Part shown: in pieces, positions 1 to 10,228 of the stretch
Layout of the letters: every line of letters starts with the position of its first letter
Numbering within the stretch: the stretch's first letter is position 1
Origin: an uncultured Oligoflexus sp.
Lineage (GTDB): Bacteria > Bdellovibrionota_B > Oligoflexia > Oligoflexales > Oligoflexaceae
Direction: 5' to 3'
Assembly: GCA_964236955.1 (NCBI GenBank)
Contig: CAXSGP010000049.1
Coordinates: forward strand, 1 to 34,127
Length of the DNA stretch: 34,127 nucleotides
The notes under the pieces: generated by a model
What the model was told of the DNA's origin: nothing
Databases searched by the model: none
Seen by the model: the letters and a program-made list of their open reading frames with translations, nothing else
Made by a program: the position numbers and the translations under genes

Positions 1-2
1 CC

Positions 3-494
3 GAAGTAAAGAAGTTGTAACAAGAGGTCAGCGGCCTCACGGAAAAGCTGCTGGCCATAAACGGCAGCCGCACGGTCGACTCGATTCATAAAGAGCTAGG
101 CAAACTGATGTGGGACAACTGTGGGATGGCGAGAAGCCGCGAGAGCCTCAGCGAGGCTTTGCGAAAAATTCCTGAGATTCGCCAGCAGTTCTGGACCAAT
201 GTCAAGGTCACCGGAACCGGTGAAAGTCTCAATCAAGAGCTGGAAAAAGCCGGCCGGGTGGCGGATTTCATCGAACATGCCGAGCTCATGTGTCTGGATG
301 CTCTGGAGCGGGAAGAATCCTGCGGCGGCCATTTTCGGGTCGAATACCAGGAGGAGGGTGAGGCCAAACGCGACGATGAGCACTTCGCGCATGCTGCGGT
401 CTGGGAATACACCGGGCCCAAAAACAAGCCCTTGCGTCACCAAGAAGAATTAAAATTTGAAAACGTCAAACTCAGCACAAGGAGTTACAAATAA
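3..494 (+). CDS. sdhA: Succinate dehydrogenase/fumarate reductase flavoprotein subunit, C-terminal part (5' truncated by the window edge; in-frame TAA at 18-20)
   Basis: Frame from nt 3 reads [43 protein letters not shown]...[17 protein letters not shown]...[16 protein letters not shown] is the SdhA/FrdA C-terminal motif. The stop overlaps the sdhB start (TAATG). Confidence 0.93.
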
Positions 495-1258
495 TGGAAC
501 TCACCCTTCACGTTTGGCGCCAAAAAAATGGCCAAGACTCAGGCAAGATGGTGACTTACAAGGCGCGCGATGTCTCGCCGGAAAGCTCCTTTTTGGAGAT
601 GCTCGATCAGGTCAACGAAGGCCTCATCAAGCAAAGTGAAGAACCGATTGCCTTTGATCATGACTGTCGCGAAGGCATCTGCGGCATGTGCTCGATGATG
701 ATCAATGGTAAGGCTCATGGCGGCCAAAAAGGCACTACTACCTGTCAGCTGCACATGCGCAGCTTCAAAGATGGCGAACAGATTTATATTGAACCCTGGC
801 GTGCCAAGGCTTTTCCCGTGCTGAAAGACCTGATTGTCGATCGTGGGGCCTTTGATCGCATAATTTCCAAAGGCGGTTTCGTTTCGGTCAACACGGGCGG
901 TGTCCCCGACGCCAATGCCACAGCTGTGTCGAAAGAGTCGGCTGATGTGGCGATGGATGCTGCGGAATGTATCGCCTGTGGCGCGTGTGTTGCTGCTTGC
1001 AAGAATGCTTCGGCCATGCTATTTGTCGCGGCGAAAGTATCTCATTTTGCAAATCTCCCTCAGGGTCAGCCCGAACGTATGCAACGTGTTAGCAACATGG
1101 TAGAGCAGATGGATAACGAGGGTTTTGGGAACTGCACAAACTACTTCGAATGCGAAGCGGCTTGCCCAAAACAGATCAGCGTCGGCTTTATCGCTAATAT
1201 GAACCGGGATTACCTGAAGGCGAGTCTGCTTCATCAGGAACCGCTAGGAAAAGCATGA
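494..1258 (+). CDS. sdhB: Succinate dehydrogenase/fumarate reductase iron-sulfur subunit
   Basis: Fe-S motifs CREGICGMC...[12 protein letters not shown] and [12 protein letters not shown]; directly follows sdhA. Confidence 0.96.
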   Translation: MELTLHVWRQKNGQDSGKMVTYKARDVSPESSFLEMLDQVNEGLIKQSEEPIAFDHDCREGICGMCSMMINGKAHGGQKGTTTCQLHMRSFKDGEQIYIEPWRAKAFPVLKDLIVDRGAFDRIISKGGFVSVNTGGVPDANATAVSKESADVAMDAAECIACGACVAACKNASAMLFVAAKVSHFANLPQGQPERMQRVSNMVEQMDNEGFGNCTNYFECEAACPKQISVGFIANMNRDYLKASLLHQEPLGKA

Positions 1259-1491
1259 ACTTCGAAGTCATCGTCGAACTAAAGCCGGAGGTTCTGGATA
1301 CCCAGGGCCGGGCCATCAAAGAAGCGCTTCAGCGCCTTGGCCATCATGATCTCAAATCCGTGAAAGTTACCAAACGTTTCGTCCTTGAAATCGAGGGTAA
1401 AGAAGGGGACGCCGAGAAACTGGTGCAAAAGTTAGCCGAAGAGCATCTCGCAAATTCGGTGGCTGAGACCTTTTCCAGCAAAAGGTTGTAA
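1255..1491 (+). CDS. purS: Phosphoribosylformylglycinamidine synthase subunit PurS
   Basis: 78 aa; [15 protein letters not shown]...LG and LANSVAE match the PurS DPQG/LANPVIE pattern; upstream of purQ-purL; ATGA overlap with sdhB. Confidence 0.93.
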   Translation: MNFEVIVELKPEVLDTQGRAIKEALQRLGHHDLKSVKVTKRFVLEIEGKEGDAEKLVQKLAEEHLANSVAETFSSKRL

Positions 1492-1495
1492 GGCG

Positions 1496-2206
1496 ATGAC
1501 GAACAGCTTTGGAGCGACGCGGATCGGCCTGGTACAGTTTCCAGGCTCGAACTGCGATGCGGATTGCATCGATGCCTTTAAACGTCTCTTTCAAATCGAC
1601 CTCCGCTTGATCTGGCACGAAGAGACGACTCTCCCTGCTGCCGTCAGTGGTCTGATACTGCCGGGTGGATTTAGCTACGGCGACTATCTACGGAGCGGCG
1701 CTCTCGCCAGCATGAGTCCTATCATGCAAGCGGTCAAGGGTTTTGCGGGCCAGGGTGGCTCTATCCTTGGCATTTGTAATGGCTTTCAGGTTCTCACCGA
1801 ATCCAAGCTCTTGCCGGGCGCCCTGTTAAAAAACGACAGTCGAAAATTTATTTGTGAATATGCCCAGCTTGCGGTCGCCCCCGGCGACAGCATCTACCAC
1901 CGGCGGCTAAAGGGTAAGACCTATAAAGTCCCTATCGCCCATGGCGAGGGCCGTTATTTCATCGATAGGGAAGGCCTGAAAAAACTAGAGGCCAATGGTC
2001 AGCTACTCTTTCAATACGGCGATGCCAGCGGCGTCCCCAGCACGGCGGTCAATCCCAACGGAGCGGTGGCCAATATCGCTGGCATCATCAGTGCAAACGG
2101 CCGGATTTTGGGGATGATGCCGCATCCGGAACGAGCCTCGGCGGAGCTTTTAGGGAGCGCCGATGGCAAGAGTATACTCGAGGCCTTCCTCGAGACGGCT
2201 GGTTGA
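1496..2206 (+). CDS. purQ: Phosphoribosylformylglycinamidine synthase glutaminase subunit PurQ
   Basis: [36 protein letters not shown] and GMMPHPER motifs. Confidence 0.97.
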   Translation: MTNSFGATRIGLVQFPGSNCDADCIDAFKRLFQIDLRLIWHEETTLPAAVSGLILPGGFSYGDYLRSGALASMSPIMQAVKGFAGQGGSILGICNGFQVLTESKLLPGALLKNDSRKFICEYAQLAVAPGDSIYHRRLKGKTYKVPIAHGEGRYFIDREGLKKLEANGQLLFQYGDASGVPSTAVNPNGAVANIAGIISANGRILGMMPHPERASAELLGSADGKSILEAFLETAG

Positions 2207-2220
2207 TGATGATTCGCAAC

Positions 2221-2249
2221 AAAAGGTCCGTAGAGGGCCTTTTTTCTTT
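2221..2249 (+). terminator. Intrinsic terminator-like hairpin between purQ and purL
   Basis: AAAAGGTCC-GTAGA-GGGCC-TTTTTTCTTT: 5-bp core stem extended by A:U pairs, followed by a U tract. Confidence 0.55.
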
Positions 2250-2267
2250 GATAGTCAGGGAACGAAA

Positions 2268-4529
2268 ATGCAAAAAGAGCTCCTTCAGCAATTTGCCAAA
2301 ATTAACGATCTGCCTCAAGCTAAAGTCATAGCCGAAGAGGGGAGCGCCTTTGAAGCTCTACTACGCAAGCACAAGATCTCCGCAAACGAATATAAGGTTT
2401 TGAAAGATATCGTCGGCCGGACACCATCGCTTTGTGAGCTTGGGGTGTTTTCGGCGATGTGGAGCGAGCATTGCTCCTATAAGTCTTCAAAGATTCACCT
2501 TGGAAAACTGCCGACCAAGGGCCCGCACGTCGTGGTCGGACCCGGTGAGAATGCAGGCGTGGTTCGTCTTTCCGGTAAACTCTGTGTCGCTTTTAAAATG
2601 GAAAGCCACAACCACCCAAGCTATATCGAACCCTATCAGGGCGCCGCCACGGGTGTCGGCGGGATTTTGCGTGACGTCTTTTGTATGGGCGCCCGCCCGG
2701 TCGCCAACCTCAATTCGCTGCGATTTGGGCGTCGCTCCCATCCCAAAACCCATTATCTCTTTGAAAACGTCGTTAAAGGCGTTGGCGATTATGGCAACGC
2801 GGTCGGTATCCCGACGGTGGCCGGCACGGTCTCTTTTGACAAGACTTACGACGGCAATATCCTTGTTAATGCTATGACCTGCGGTACGATTCATGAAGAT
2901 CGTATCTTTAAAGGTTTTGCCAGCGGCCTTGATAATCTCGTGGTTTATGTGGGTTCAGCCACGGGCCGCGACGGTATTCACGGCGCGTCGATGGCCTCCG
3001 ATAGTTTTAGCAGCGTGCAGAGCGGCGAGCGTTCGACCGTTCAGGTTGGTGATCCCTTTGCCGAAAAACTTTTGCTTGAAGCGACTCTTGAAGTCCTTGA
3101 ACGCAAGCTCGTGATCGGCCTTCAGGATATGGGCGCGGCGGGGCTCACCTCGTCCTCCTTTGAGATGGCCGATCGGGCCGGCAATGGTCTCTATCTTAAT
3201 CTCGACTATGTTCCCGCCCGGGCCCAGCATATGAGCGCCTATGAATTGCTCCTGTCCGAGTCCCAGGAGCGCATGCTGATGTGCGTGGAACCGGCAAAGT
3301 GGGCAGAGCTGCAGGACTGTCTCAGACGCTGGCAGCTGCCCTTTGCCATTATTGGTCTGGTGACGGAAGGGGGCCGCATGCATATCGTCAAAAACGGTGT
3401 GCTTGAGGTCGATGTGCCTGTCGCGCCGCTGGCGGAGCAAGCGCCTCGCTATGAACGGCCCTTTATTTATCCAGCCCGCAGCTATGCACCCGATGCCGAC
3501 TTTCGTGGCCTCTTGAGGTCGGCGTCTTTCAATGAACTCTTAGCTGCGGCCCTGTTTGAAAATGGTGATAAAGATAAGATTTATCGTCAATACGATCACC
3601 ATATTGGCAACAAAACCATACTGAGTCCGGAAGACGAGGGAGCGGGTCTGCTCTGGCTCCGTTCGGATTGGGCCGCCGAGGGCGACGAGTACGTTGGCCT
3701 AGCCGTCAGCACGGCCTGCAACGAACGCTACTGCGCCCAGGATCCTTTCGTCGGTGCCGCTCAGGCCGTGGCCAAGTGTTATCGAGCGATCGTCGCGACC
3801 GGCGCGCTGCCCCTGGCCGTGACCGACTGCCTCAACTATGGCAACCCCGAAGATAAACAGGTGATGGGTCAAATCGTGGCCGGAATCGATGGCATTGGCG
3901 AGGCCTGTCGGGCCCTTGAGACTCCAGTCGTAAGCGGCAACGTTTCCCTCTACAACACGACCGATGGGATCAGCATTGCCCCGACGCCGATGATAGGTAT
4001 GGTTGGCAAACATCCTGATATACGCAAAGCGGTCCCCGCCATCCTGAAAAAGAAAGCTTATATCTACTGGCTCAAGCCTAAGGGTAGCCTGGGAACCTTT
4101 GGTGGCTCGATGCTGGCCAAGATCTTGAATAAAGATGTCAGTGAAGCCGTGCCGGCTCTGAACTGGAAGGCCGAGCAGGAGGCCGCACTCTGGATCCAAG
4201 AACTAGCCGCCGCCGAATGTCTGCTGGCAGCTCGTGACCTTGGTACGGGCGGGCTGGCACTGACTCTACAAAAAATGCTAATGCCTCACGAATTCGGTGG
4301 TACATTCGCTCTGCCTGACTCAAAGGACGACCTGAATGAGTTAGCTTTTGGCGAGCACAGTGCTTCCTATATTCTGGCCAGTCATGAGCCTCTCCCCCTT
4401 GGTACTCTGACGTCCCTCGAGTGCCTTCTGCTTGGCGAAGCGGTTTCCGCACGTTCCATGACGCTGGGCAAGGCGACTTTCGATATTCGAATCGCTAAAG
4501 TCAAGGCCTTGGAATCGTTGTCAATTTAG
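2268..4529 (+). CDS. purL: Phosphoribosylformylglycinamidine synthase subunit PurL (small type)
   Basis: [53 protein letters not shown] and VSGNVSLYN. Start moved from 2163 to ATG 2268 to avoid overlapping purQ. Confidence 0.97.
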   Translation: MQKELLQQFAKINDLPQAKVIAEEGSAFEALLRKHKISANEYKVLKDIVGRTPSLCELGVFSAMWSEHCSYKSSKIHLGKLPTKGPHVVVGPGENAGVVRLSGKLCVAFKMESHNHPSYIEPYQGAATGVGGILRDVFCMGARPVANLNSLRFGRRSHPKTHYLFENVVKGVGDYGNAVGIPTVAGTVSFDKTYDGNILVNAMTCGTIHEDRIFKGFASGLDNLVVYVGSATGRDGIHGASMASDSFSSVQSGERSTVQVGDPFAEKLLLEATLEVLERKLVIGLQDMGAAGLTSSSFEMADRAGNGLYLNLDYVPARAQHMSAYELLLSESQERMLMCVEPAKWAELQDCLRRWQLPFAIIGLVTEGGRMHIVKNGVLEVDVPVAPLAEQAPRYERPFIYPARSYAPDADFRGLLRSASFNELLAAALFENGDKDKIYRQYDHHIGNKTILSPEDEGAGLLWLRSDWAAEGDEYVGLAVSTACNERYCAQDPFVGAAQAVAKCYRAIVATGALPLAVTDCLNYGNPEDKQVMGQIVAGIDGIGEACRALETPVVSGNVSLYNTTDGISIAPTPMIGMVGKHPDIRKAVPAILKKKAYIYWLKPKGSLGTFGGSMLAKILNKDVSEAVPALNWKAEQEAALWIQELAAAECLLAARDLGTGGLALTLQKMLMPHEFGGTFALPDSKDDLNELAFGEHSASYILASHEPLPLGTLTSLECLLLGEAVSARSMTLGKATFDIRIAKVKALESLSI

Positions 4530-4558
4530 AAAGAATTTTTCCGAAAGGTAGACGCTAT

Positions 4559-5989
4559 ATGGCGGGTTTCCGTGAAGAATGTGGTGTCGTTGGCGTCATG
4601 GGTGATCCAGAGGCCGCGAAGCTAATTTATCTGGGCTTGCATGCCTTACAGCATCGTGGCCAAGAGGCAGCCGGAATCGTTACGTTAAATGGGGGCGAAG
4701 AGTTCACCGGGCACAAGGCCTTCGGTCTGGTTGGTGACGGCTTTCCCAGTGATATCATCGTCAAACTTGGGGGTTCATCCGGGATCGGTCACAATCGTTA
4801 TTCAACCACCGGCGGCAGCCGTTTGACCCAAAATATTCAACCCTTCACCTTTAATACCGCGCTGGGAAATATTGCGATCGCCCACAACGGCAATCTCACG
4901 AACGCCTATATGATTCGCCAAGAACTCGAAGCGCTGGGCAGCATCTTTCAATCGACCTCTGATACCGAAGTTTTTATGCATCTGCTGGCGCGTAGCACCA
5001 AGGAATCCGTGCTCGAACGCATGGTCGAAGTGATGAGCAAGGTGAAGGGCGCCTACTCGCTGGTCATCCTTACCAAAGATCGGCTCTATGCCCTGCGTGA
5101 TCCCTTTGGCTTTCGGCCCCTGGTCTTTGGTCGGCGCGGCACGGCGGTGGTCGTGGCGAGTGAAACCTGTGCCCTTGAACTCCTCGATGCTGATTTTGAA
5201 CGAGAAATCGCGTCCGGGGAAATCATCGAGATCTATCCCGATGGTCTGGTTAAATCCCACCATCCTTTTCCCAATGCCCGCAAAGGCTTTTGCTCCTTCG
5301 AGCCGGTCTACTTTGCTCGTCCCGACAGTCAGGTCTTTGGCGAGGAGATCTACAATCTCCGAAAGCGCATGGGCCAGGTGCTGGCGCGGGAAACTCATGT
5401 CGATGCCGATGTTGTAATTGCCGTTCCCGATTCCGGCATTCCGATGGCTTTGGGTTATGCCAACGAAGCGGGAATCCCGTTGGAAATCGGTCTGGTTCGC
5501 AATCCTTATGTGGGCCGGACCTTTATTGAACCCTCGCAATCGATCCGCGACTTTGGGGTGAAATTAAAACTCAGTCCCGTCGGTTCGGTTCTGCGCGGCA
5601 AGCGTGTGATTGTGGTTGATGATAGTTTGGTGCGAGGCACCACCTCGGTTAAAATCCTTAGGATGCTGCGCAAGGCCGGGGCCAAAGAGATTCATATGCG
5701 TCTTGGCTCGCCGCCGATTACTCATTCTTGTTATTTTGGCGTGGATACTCCGGAGCGGGGCCAGCTTTTGGCGGCCATCAGTACGGCCGAAGAAATCCGC
5801 GCTTTCATAGGTGCCGATACCCTGGGATTTTTAAGTCAAAATGGTCTCCGTGAGGCCTTGGGCGAGCAAAATGCCAATAACTATTGTTACGGCTGTTTTA
5901 CGGGCGACTATCCAGAGGACACCTGCCGCGAGATCAAGCCACAGCCAACCGATGCCCTGGGTGGGCCTGGCTTGAAGGCCGGCTTTTAA
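4559..5989 (+). CDS. purF: Amidophosphoribosyltransferase (propeptide and Fe-S type)
   Basis: EECGVVG Ntn start, LQHRGQE, HNGNL, VPDSG and VVDDSLVRGTT; Cys at CSFE, SCYFG and CYGC match the 4Fe-4S-type ligands. Confidence 0.97.
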   Translation: MAGFREECGVVGVMGDPEAAKLIYLGLHALQHRGQEAAGIVTLNGGEEFTGHKAFGLVGDGFPSDIIVKLGGSSGIGHNRYSTTGGSRLTQNIQPFTFNTALGNIAIAHNGNLTNAYMIRQELEALGSIFQSTSDTEVFMHLLARSTKESVLERMVEVMSKVKGAYSLVILTKDRLYALRDPFGFRPLVFGRRGTAVVVASETCALELLDADFEREIASGEIIEIYPDGLVKSHHPFPNARKGFCSFEPVYFARPDSQVFGEEIYNLRKRMGQVLARETHVDADVVIAVPDSGIPMALGYANEAGIPLEIGLVRNPYVGRTFIEPSQSIRDFGVKLKLSPVGSVLRGKRVIVVDDSLVRGTTSVKILRMLRKAGAKEIHMRLGSPPITHSCYFGVDTPERGQLLAAISTAEEIRAFIGADTLGFLSQNGLREALGEQNANNYCYGCFTGDYPEDTCREIKPQPTDALGGPGLKAGF

Positions 5990-6159
5990 TGGCGGCACCC
6001 CTGATCGAAGGGATCGATTATACGATTGATCCGCAGACGGGCTATCTCGTCTTTACGCGGACCTATCATCTTAAGCGGGGCTTTTGCTGTGGCAGTGGCT
6101 GTCGGCATTGTCCCTATACGGGCGAGGATAAGCCCGAGAAAAAAGATGAGGAGCGCTAG
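5989..6159 (+). CDS. Small Cys-rich protein, DUF5522-like (56 aa)
   Basis: MAAPLIEGIDYTIDPQTGYLVFTRTYHLKRGFCCGSGCRHCPY...; the HL-x-RG-x-CCG-x-GCRHCPY signature is recognised; the ATG overlaps the purF stop (TAATG). Confidence 0.85.
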   Translation: MAAPLIEGIDYTIDPQTGYLVFTRTYHLKRGFCCGSGCRHCPYTGEDKPEKKDEER

Positions 6160-6214
6160 AGCCGTTGCCGGACACCGTTCTCATCTTAATCTTTGTTATC
6201 GCCAAACCATCGCT

Positions 6215-6949
6215 TTAAGTCTCGACCAGGTGGCCGTCTGCGGCTTCATGCAGGAGTTCAAAGACGGGTTTGAGCGAGGCCTCCGCTGCATCAAGAATGT
6301 TTGAAACTTCCTGACGGGAAAAGGCCGCGCGTTCCGCAGTGCCTTGGATCTCCAAAAACTTGCCGCTTTGGGTCATCACCACATTCATATCAAGATCGGC
6401 GGTGCTGTCTTCTTGGTAATCAAGATCCACCATCACTTCCCCATCCCTTAGTCCAACCGAAACGGCAGCCACGGCATCCGTCAGCGGATTGTCGTTGAGA
6501 CGACCGCTGCGCAGAAGTTTATCGACAGCCATCTTAAGGGCCACGTAGGCGCCCGTGATCGAGGCGGTTCGGGTGCCGCCATCGGCTTGAATCACATCGC
6601 AGTCGATATTAAAGGTCAAATCGGTGGCCTTACGCAGATCGATGACACCACGCAGGGATCGACCGATCAGTCGCTGAATTTCCTGCGAGCGACCTGAGGG
6701 GGCGGGGCGTTCGCGGCGGGTGCGCGAGCCGGTGCTACCGGGCAGCATACCGTATTCGGCCGTTAACCAACCCTGGGCCGGACTTGAATTGCGAAGAAAA
6801 GATGGCACCCCCTCCTCGACACATACGGTGCATATAACCCGGGTTTCACCGTATTCGACAAGCACTGATCCCGTCGCATTGCGCGTAAAATTAGGGACGA
6901 TTCGAATGGGTCGCATCTGTCCGGAAGAACGGCCGTCGTGGCGCAACAT
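6215..6949 (-). CDS. rph: Ribonuclease PH
   Basis: GWLTAEYGMLP, GRSQEIQRLIGRSLR, DCDVIQADGGTRTASITGA and EIQGTAE. Confidence 0.97.
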   Translation of the reverse strand: MLRHDGRSSGQMRPIRIVPNFTRNATGSVLVEYGETRVICTVCVEEGVPSFLRNSSPAQGWLTAEYGMLPGSTGSRTRRERPAPSGRSQEIQRLIGRSLRGVIDLRKATDLTFNIDCDVIQADGGTRTASITGAYVALKMAVDKLLRSGRLNDNPLTDAVAAVSVGLRDGEVMVDLDYQEDSTADLDMNVVMTQSGKFLEIQGTAERAAFSRQEVSNILDAAEASLKPVFELLHEAADGHLVET

Positions 6950-7038
6950 GGCGTGATCCCCATTATTTAAAGGTCATCATTAAAAAATTTCAAAAAGGAA
7001 TTTACTAACGGAGGGGCTCAGCAAGCGCAAGTCTTCAT

Positions 7039-7395
7039 TTAGCGCTGCATGGCAAAGTAGGCGATGAGAGCGACGATCAGCATGACGGCCAGTCCAATCA
7101 GGGTCTGTCGGCGCGAGGAGCGTGAGCCAAAAATTCCTCCCTGCAATTCTGCTTCGCCAAAGGAGTCTTCCCCCGATTCCAAACGTGCGGCCTCGGCAGC
7201 TTCCCGCAACGCTTCGGCCGGAGCGATTTGGGTAAGCGTCGGCTCGTCATAGCCGGCAAAGGCAGTTTTGGCAAACCGCGACGATGCGGCAGGAGCGTTA
7301 GGGAAGGTGTCATCGATGGCATGATGCAGCTGCACCAGGATGCGGGTGACGATGACTTCGTCATCTACTGGCGTGAAATCTAGGCTACGATGCAC
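7039..7395 (-). CDS. Hypothetical tail-anchored membrane protein
   Basis: GGAGG SD before a GTG start; 118 aa; a single hydrophobic helix at the extreme C-terminus (TLIGLAVMLIVALIAYFAMQR) after a basic RSSRRQ patch. Confidence 0.75.
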   Translation of the reverse strand: MHRSLDFTPVDDEVIVTRILVQLHHAIDDTFPNAPAASSRFAKTAFAGYDEPTLTQIAPAEALREAAEAARLESGEDSFGEAELQGGIFGSRSSRRQTLIGLAVMLIVALIAYFAMQR

Positions 7396-7420
7396 ACCCT
7401 ACCTCCCTGGCAGCGGACAG

Positions 7421-7444
7421 AACAAAGAAAGAGCCATAAGGCTC
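7421..7444 (-). terminator. Probable intrinsic terminator after secA
   Basis: Minus strand reads GAGCC-TTAT-GGCTC-TTTCTTTGTT, starting 6 nt after the secA stop. Confidence 0.55.
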
Positions 7445-7450
7445 AATCTA

Positions 7451-10042
7451 TCATACAGAATCTTCGCTTTCAAAACGACCATGGCATTTTTTAAATTTTT
7501 GACCGGACCCACAGGGACAGGGATCGTTGCGTCCTACTTTGTCGGCAGTGCGTTGGGCGGTCTCAATCCTAGCCTCCTGATTGCCTTCCCCATCCCGTTG
7601 CGCGTTGGATTGAACCGGGGGAGCATCGGGATGGGCAAAAATCAGCTTGGATGTTTCCGGCTCGGCGACGACGGGAATTTCCGCGGTTTGAGCTTCGGGT
7701 GGCGGCATGCGGACAAGAGCCAGAACGGTTTCGTCTTCGATACGGATCATAAGGCTTTCAAAAAGCTTGAAGGCTTCGCGCTTGTATTCCTGTAGGGGAT
7801 CGCGCTGGCCGTAGCCGCGCAGACGCACACTATCCTGCAGGTTGTCCATCGTCCGTAGATGTTCCTTCCAACTCTGATCGATAATCTGTAGGTAGACGTA
7901 GGCTTCGATGCGACCGACGAGCTCATCGCCAATCAAAACTTTTTTATCTTCATAGGCCTTGGCGACATGAGCGATCACCCCTTCTAAAATGCTTTCCGTC
8001 GAATGTTTATCGATGGCCAGTTTTTCCAGATCGATCGGCATCTGCAACTCAGTCGCGAGTTCTTTGCTGGCCGCTTCATAATCCCAAGCACTATTTACAG
8101 AGGTCTCAGGCGAGTGCTTGCTGAGAATGCCCTCACCCACGCTTTTAATGCCATCGCGAAGAAAGCTGATATCGGCTTTATCTTCCAAGATCTTACGGCG
8201 ACGCGTGTACACGACCTGACGCTGCTGGTTCATCACATCGTCATATTCAAGAACGTGTTTTCGAGACGAGAAGTTTTGTTCTTCGACCCGTTTTTGCGCT
8301 TTTTCGATAGCCCGCGTGACCATGGGCGAAACGATCGCCTCGCCTTCTTTCATCCCGAGCCGCTGCATGATCGCTGACAATCGATCGCTCGCGAAGATTC
8401 GCATGAGATCATCTTCGAGCGACAGGTAAAACTTGGTTCGCCCGTTATCGCCCTGACGACCCGAACGACCGCGCAGCTGATTGTCGATACGGCGAGATTC
8501 GTGACGTTCGGTACCGATCACGTAAAGACCACCGAGTTCGCGTACGCCTTCGCCCAGCACAATATCGGTACCCCGACCGGCCATGTTCGTGGAAATCGTC
8601 ACGTTACCGCGCTGACCCGCGTTGGCAATGATGGTGGCTTCACGGCTGTGGTTTTTTGCGTTGAGGACTTCGTGAGGGGTGCCGCGTTTTTTGAGTAGAC
8701 TTGAGAGAAGTTCCGATTTTTCCACCGAAACTGTACCGACGAGCACCGGCTGGCCTGCCGACTGCGCGCGCGCGATTTCATCAGCGATCAGTTCGAATTT
8801 TTCGCGGGCGGTGCGATAGACTTCGTCTTGCTCGTCCTTTCGAATCAGCACGCGGTTGGTTGGAATAACCACGACGTCGAGATTATAGATACGTTTAAAT
8901 TCGACGGCTTCCGTGTCCGCCGTTCCGGTCATGCCGGAGAGCTTGGAGTAGAGGCGAAAGAAGTTTTGAAAGGTAATCGTCGCAAGAACTTGCGTCTCGT
9001 TTTCTACCGGCAGATGCTCCTTGGCCTCGAGGGCTCCGTGCAGGCCATCGCTATAGCGGCGGCCCGGCATGAGCCGGCCCGTAAATTCATCGACGATCAC
9101 GACCTTGCGGTCGCGCACGACATAGTCCACGTCCTTTTTAAAGACGATATGAGCTTTCAAAGCCTGCTGCACGTGGTGCAGATACTCGATGTTTTGCGGC
9201 TCGTAGAGATTGTCGATATTCAGGCGTTTTTCAAGCTTCGAAATGCCGTCTTCGGTGAGAGTGACCGAACGCGATTTTTCGTCGACGATGTAATCGCTGT
9301 CTTTTTGCAGACCGGGGATGGCTCCGTTGACTTTGACGTAGATTTCGGTATTGGTTTCCGAGGGCCCCGAGATGATGAGCGGGGTACGCGCCTCATCGAT
9401 CAAAATCGAATCGACCTCATCGACGATACAGAATTGATGTTCGCGTTGAACGAAACGAGACTTGTCGGTCTTCATGTTATCGCGGAGATAGTCGAAGCCA
9501 AACTCGTTGTTGGTGCCGTAAGTGACGTCGGAGAAGTAGGCCTCGCGGCGCTGCGTATCGCTCAGGCCATGAACGATAAGTCCGGTGCTTAGACCGAGAA
9601 AGCCATAGAGCTTCGCCATCTGCTGGGAGTCACGAGTGGCGAGATAATCGTTGACCGTAACCACGTGCACGCCCTTGCCCGTCAGGGCGTTGAGGTAGAC
9701 GGGAGCGGTAGCGGTTAGGGTTTTTCCCTCGCCGGTTTTCATCTCGGCGATGCGGCCGTCATGAAGGGCCAGGCCGCCGATGAGCTGAACATCAAAGTGC
9801 CGCATTTTCAGCACCCGCCGGGCAGCCTCCCGCGTGACGGCAAAGGCCTCTGCCGTGATCGAAGGCAGGGTTTCGCCTTTGGCAAGACGGTCTTTGAACT
9901 CTTGGGTTTTGGCCTGCAGGGCTTCATCAGAAAGATTTTGAAGGGCAGGTTCAAAAGAGTTGATGCGGGCGACCATGGCCGCATACTGTTTAATTTCTCT
10001 ATCGTTTTTGGTACCAAAAATTTTCCGCGCAAGATTCAACAT
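7451..10042 (-). CDS. secA: Preprotein translocase ATPase SecA
   Basis: [63 protein letters not shown] and the SEC-C motif [19 protein letters not shown]. Confidence 0.99.
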   Translation of the reverse strand: MLNLARKIFGTKNDREIKQYAAMVARINSFEPALQNLSDEALQAKTQEFKDRLAKGETLPSITAEAFAVTREAARRVLKMRHFDVQLIGGLALHDGRIAEMKTGEGKTLTATAPVYLNALTGKGVHVVTVNDYLATRDSQQMAKLYGFLGLSTGLIVHGLSDTQRREAYFSDVTYGTNNEFGFDYLRDNMKTDKSRFVQREHQFCIVDEVDSILIDEARTPLIISGPSETNTEIYVKVNGAIPGLQKDSDYIVDEKSRSVTLTEDGISKLEKRLNIDNLYEPQNIEYLHHVQQALKAHIVFKKDVDYVVRDRKVVIVDEFTGRLMPGRRYSDGLHGALEAKEHLPVENETQVLATITFQNFFRLYSKLSGMTGTADTEAVEFKRIYNLDVVVIPTNRVLIRKDEQDEVYRTAREKFELIADEIARAQSAGQPVLVGTVSVEKSELLSSLLKKRGTPHEVLNAKNHSREATIIANAGQRGNVTISTNMAGRGTDIVLGEGVRELGGLYVIGTERHESRRIDNQLRGRSGRQGDNGRTKFYLSLEDDLMRIFASDRLSAIMQRLGMKEGEAIVSPMVTRAIEKAQKRVEEQNFSSRKHVLEYDDVMNQQRQVVYTRRRKILEDKADISFLRDGIKSVGEGILSKHSPETSVNSAWDYEAASKELATELQMPIDLEKLAIDKHSTESILEGVIAHVAKAYEDKKVLIGDELVGRIEAYVYLQIIDQSWKEHLRTMDNLQDSVRLRGYGQRDPLQEYKREAFKLFESLMIRIEDETVLALVRMPPPEAQTAEIPVVAEPETSKLIFAHPDAPPVQSNAQRDGEGNQEARIETAQRTADKVGRNDPCPCGSGQKFKKCHGRFESEDSV

Positions 10043-10228
10043 ATCGATGTTCCGCGTAAGCGTTAAAGATCCTGGATCCTAGCCTTGCGCAGAACTACGC
10101 AGAAATGCCAGGTTAGTTCGTTAGTATATCGACAAAAGCGAATGGGGGGAATGTTTTTCCCAAGGCGAGCGAACCCGAAGTTTAAATTTAGAACGGCCTC
10201 AACCCTAGTCTGCGCCAGGGTGTATGGA

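Noticed and set aside
2163..2267. N-terminal extensions in the ORF track (purL from 2163; likewise icd 13368, M23 11209, fadI 25936, gltG-like 17455, 20795, 27766 and 31287)
   Set aside because: They overlap neighbouring genes or regulatory DNA; downstream ATGs fit the family N-termini or SD positions better.
4521..4547. Sigma28-like TCAATTTA-N11-TCCGAAAG before purF
   Set aside because: The -10 box coincides with the likely SD and lies only 11 nt from the ATG, and purF is a housekeeping gene; probably chance, though not excluded.
10043..10228. SecM-like arrest peptide upstream of secA
   Set aside because: No suitable minus-strand ORF is evident; the M23-secA adjacency is a common arrangement.
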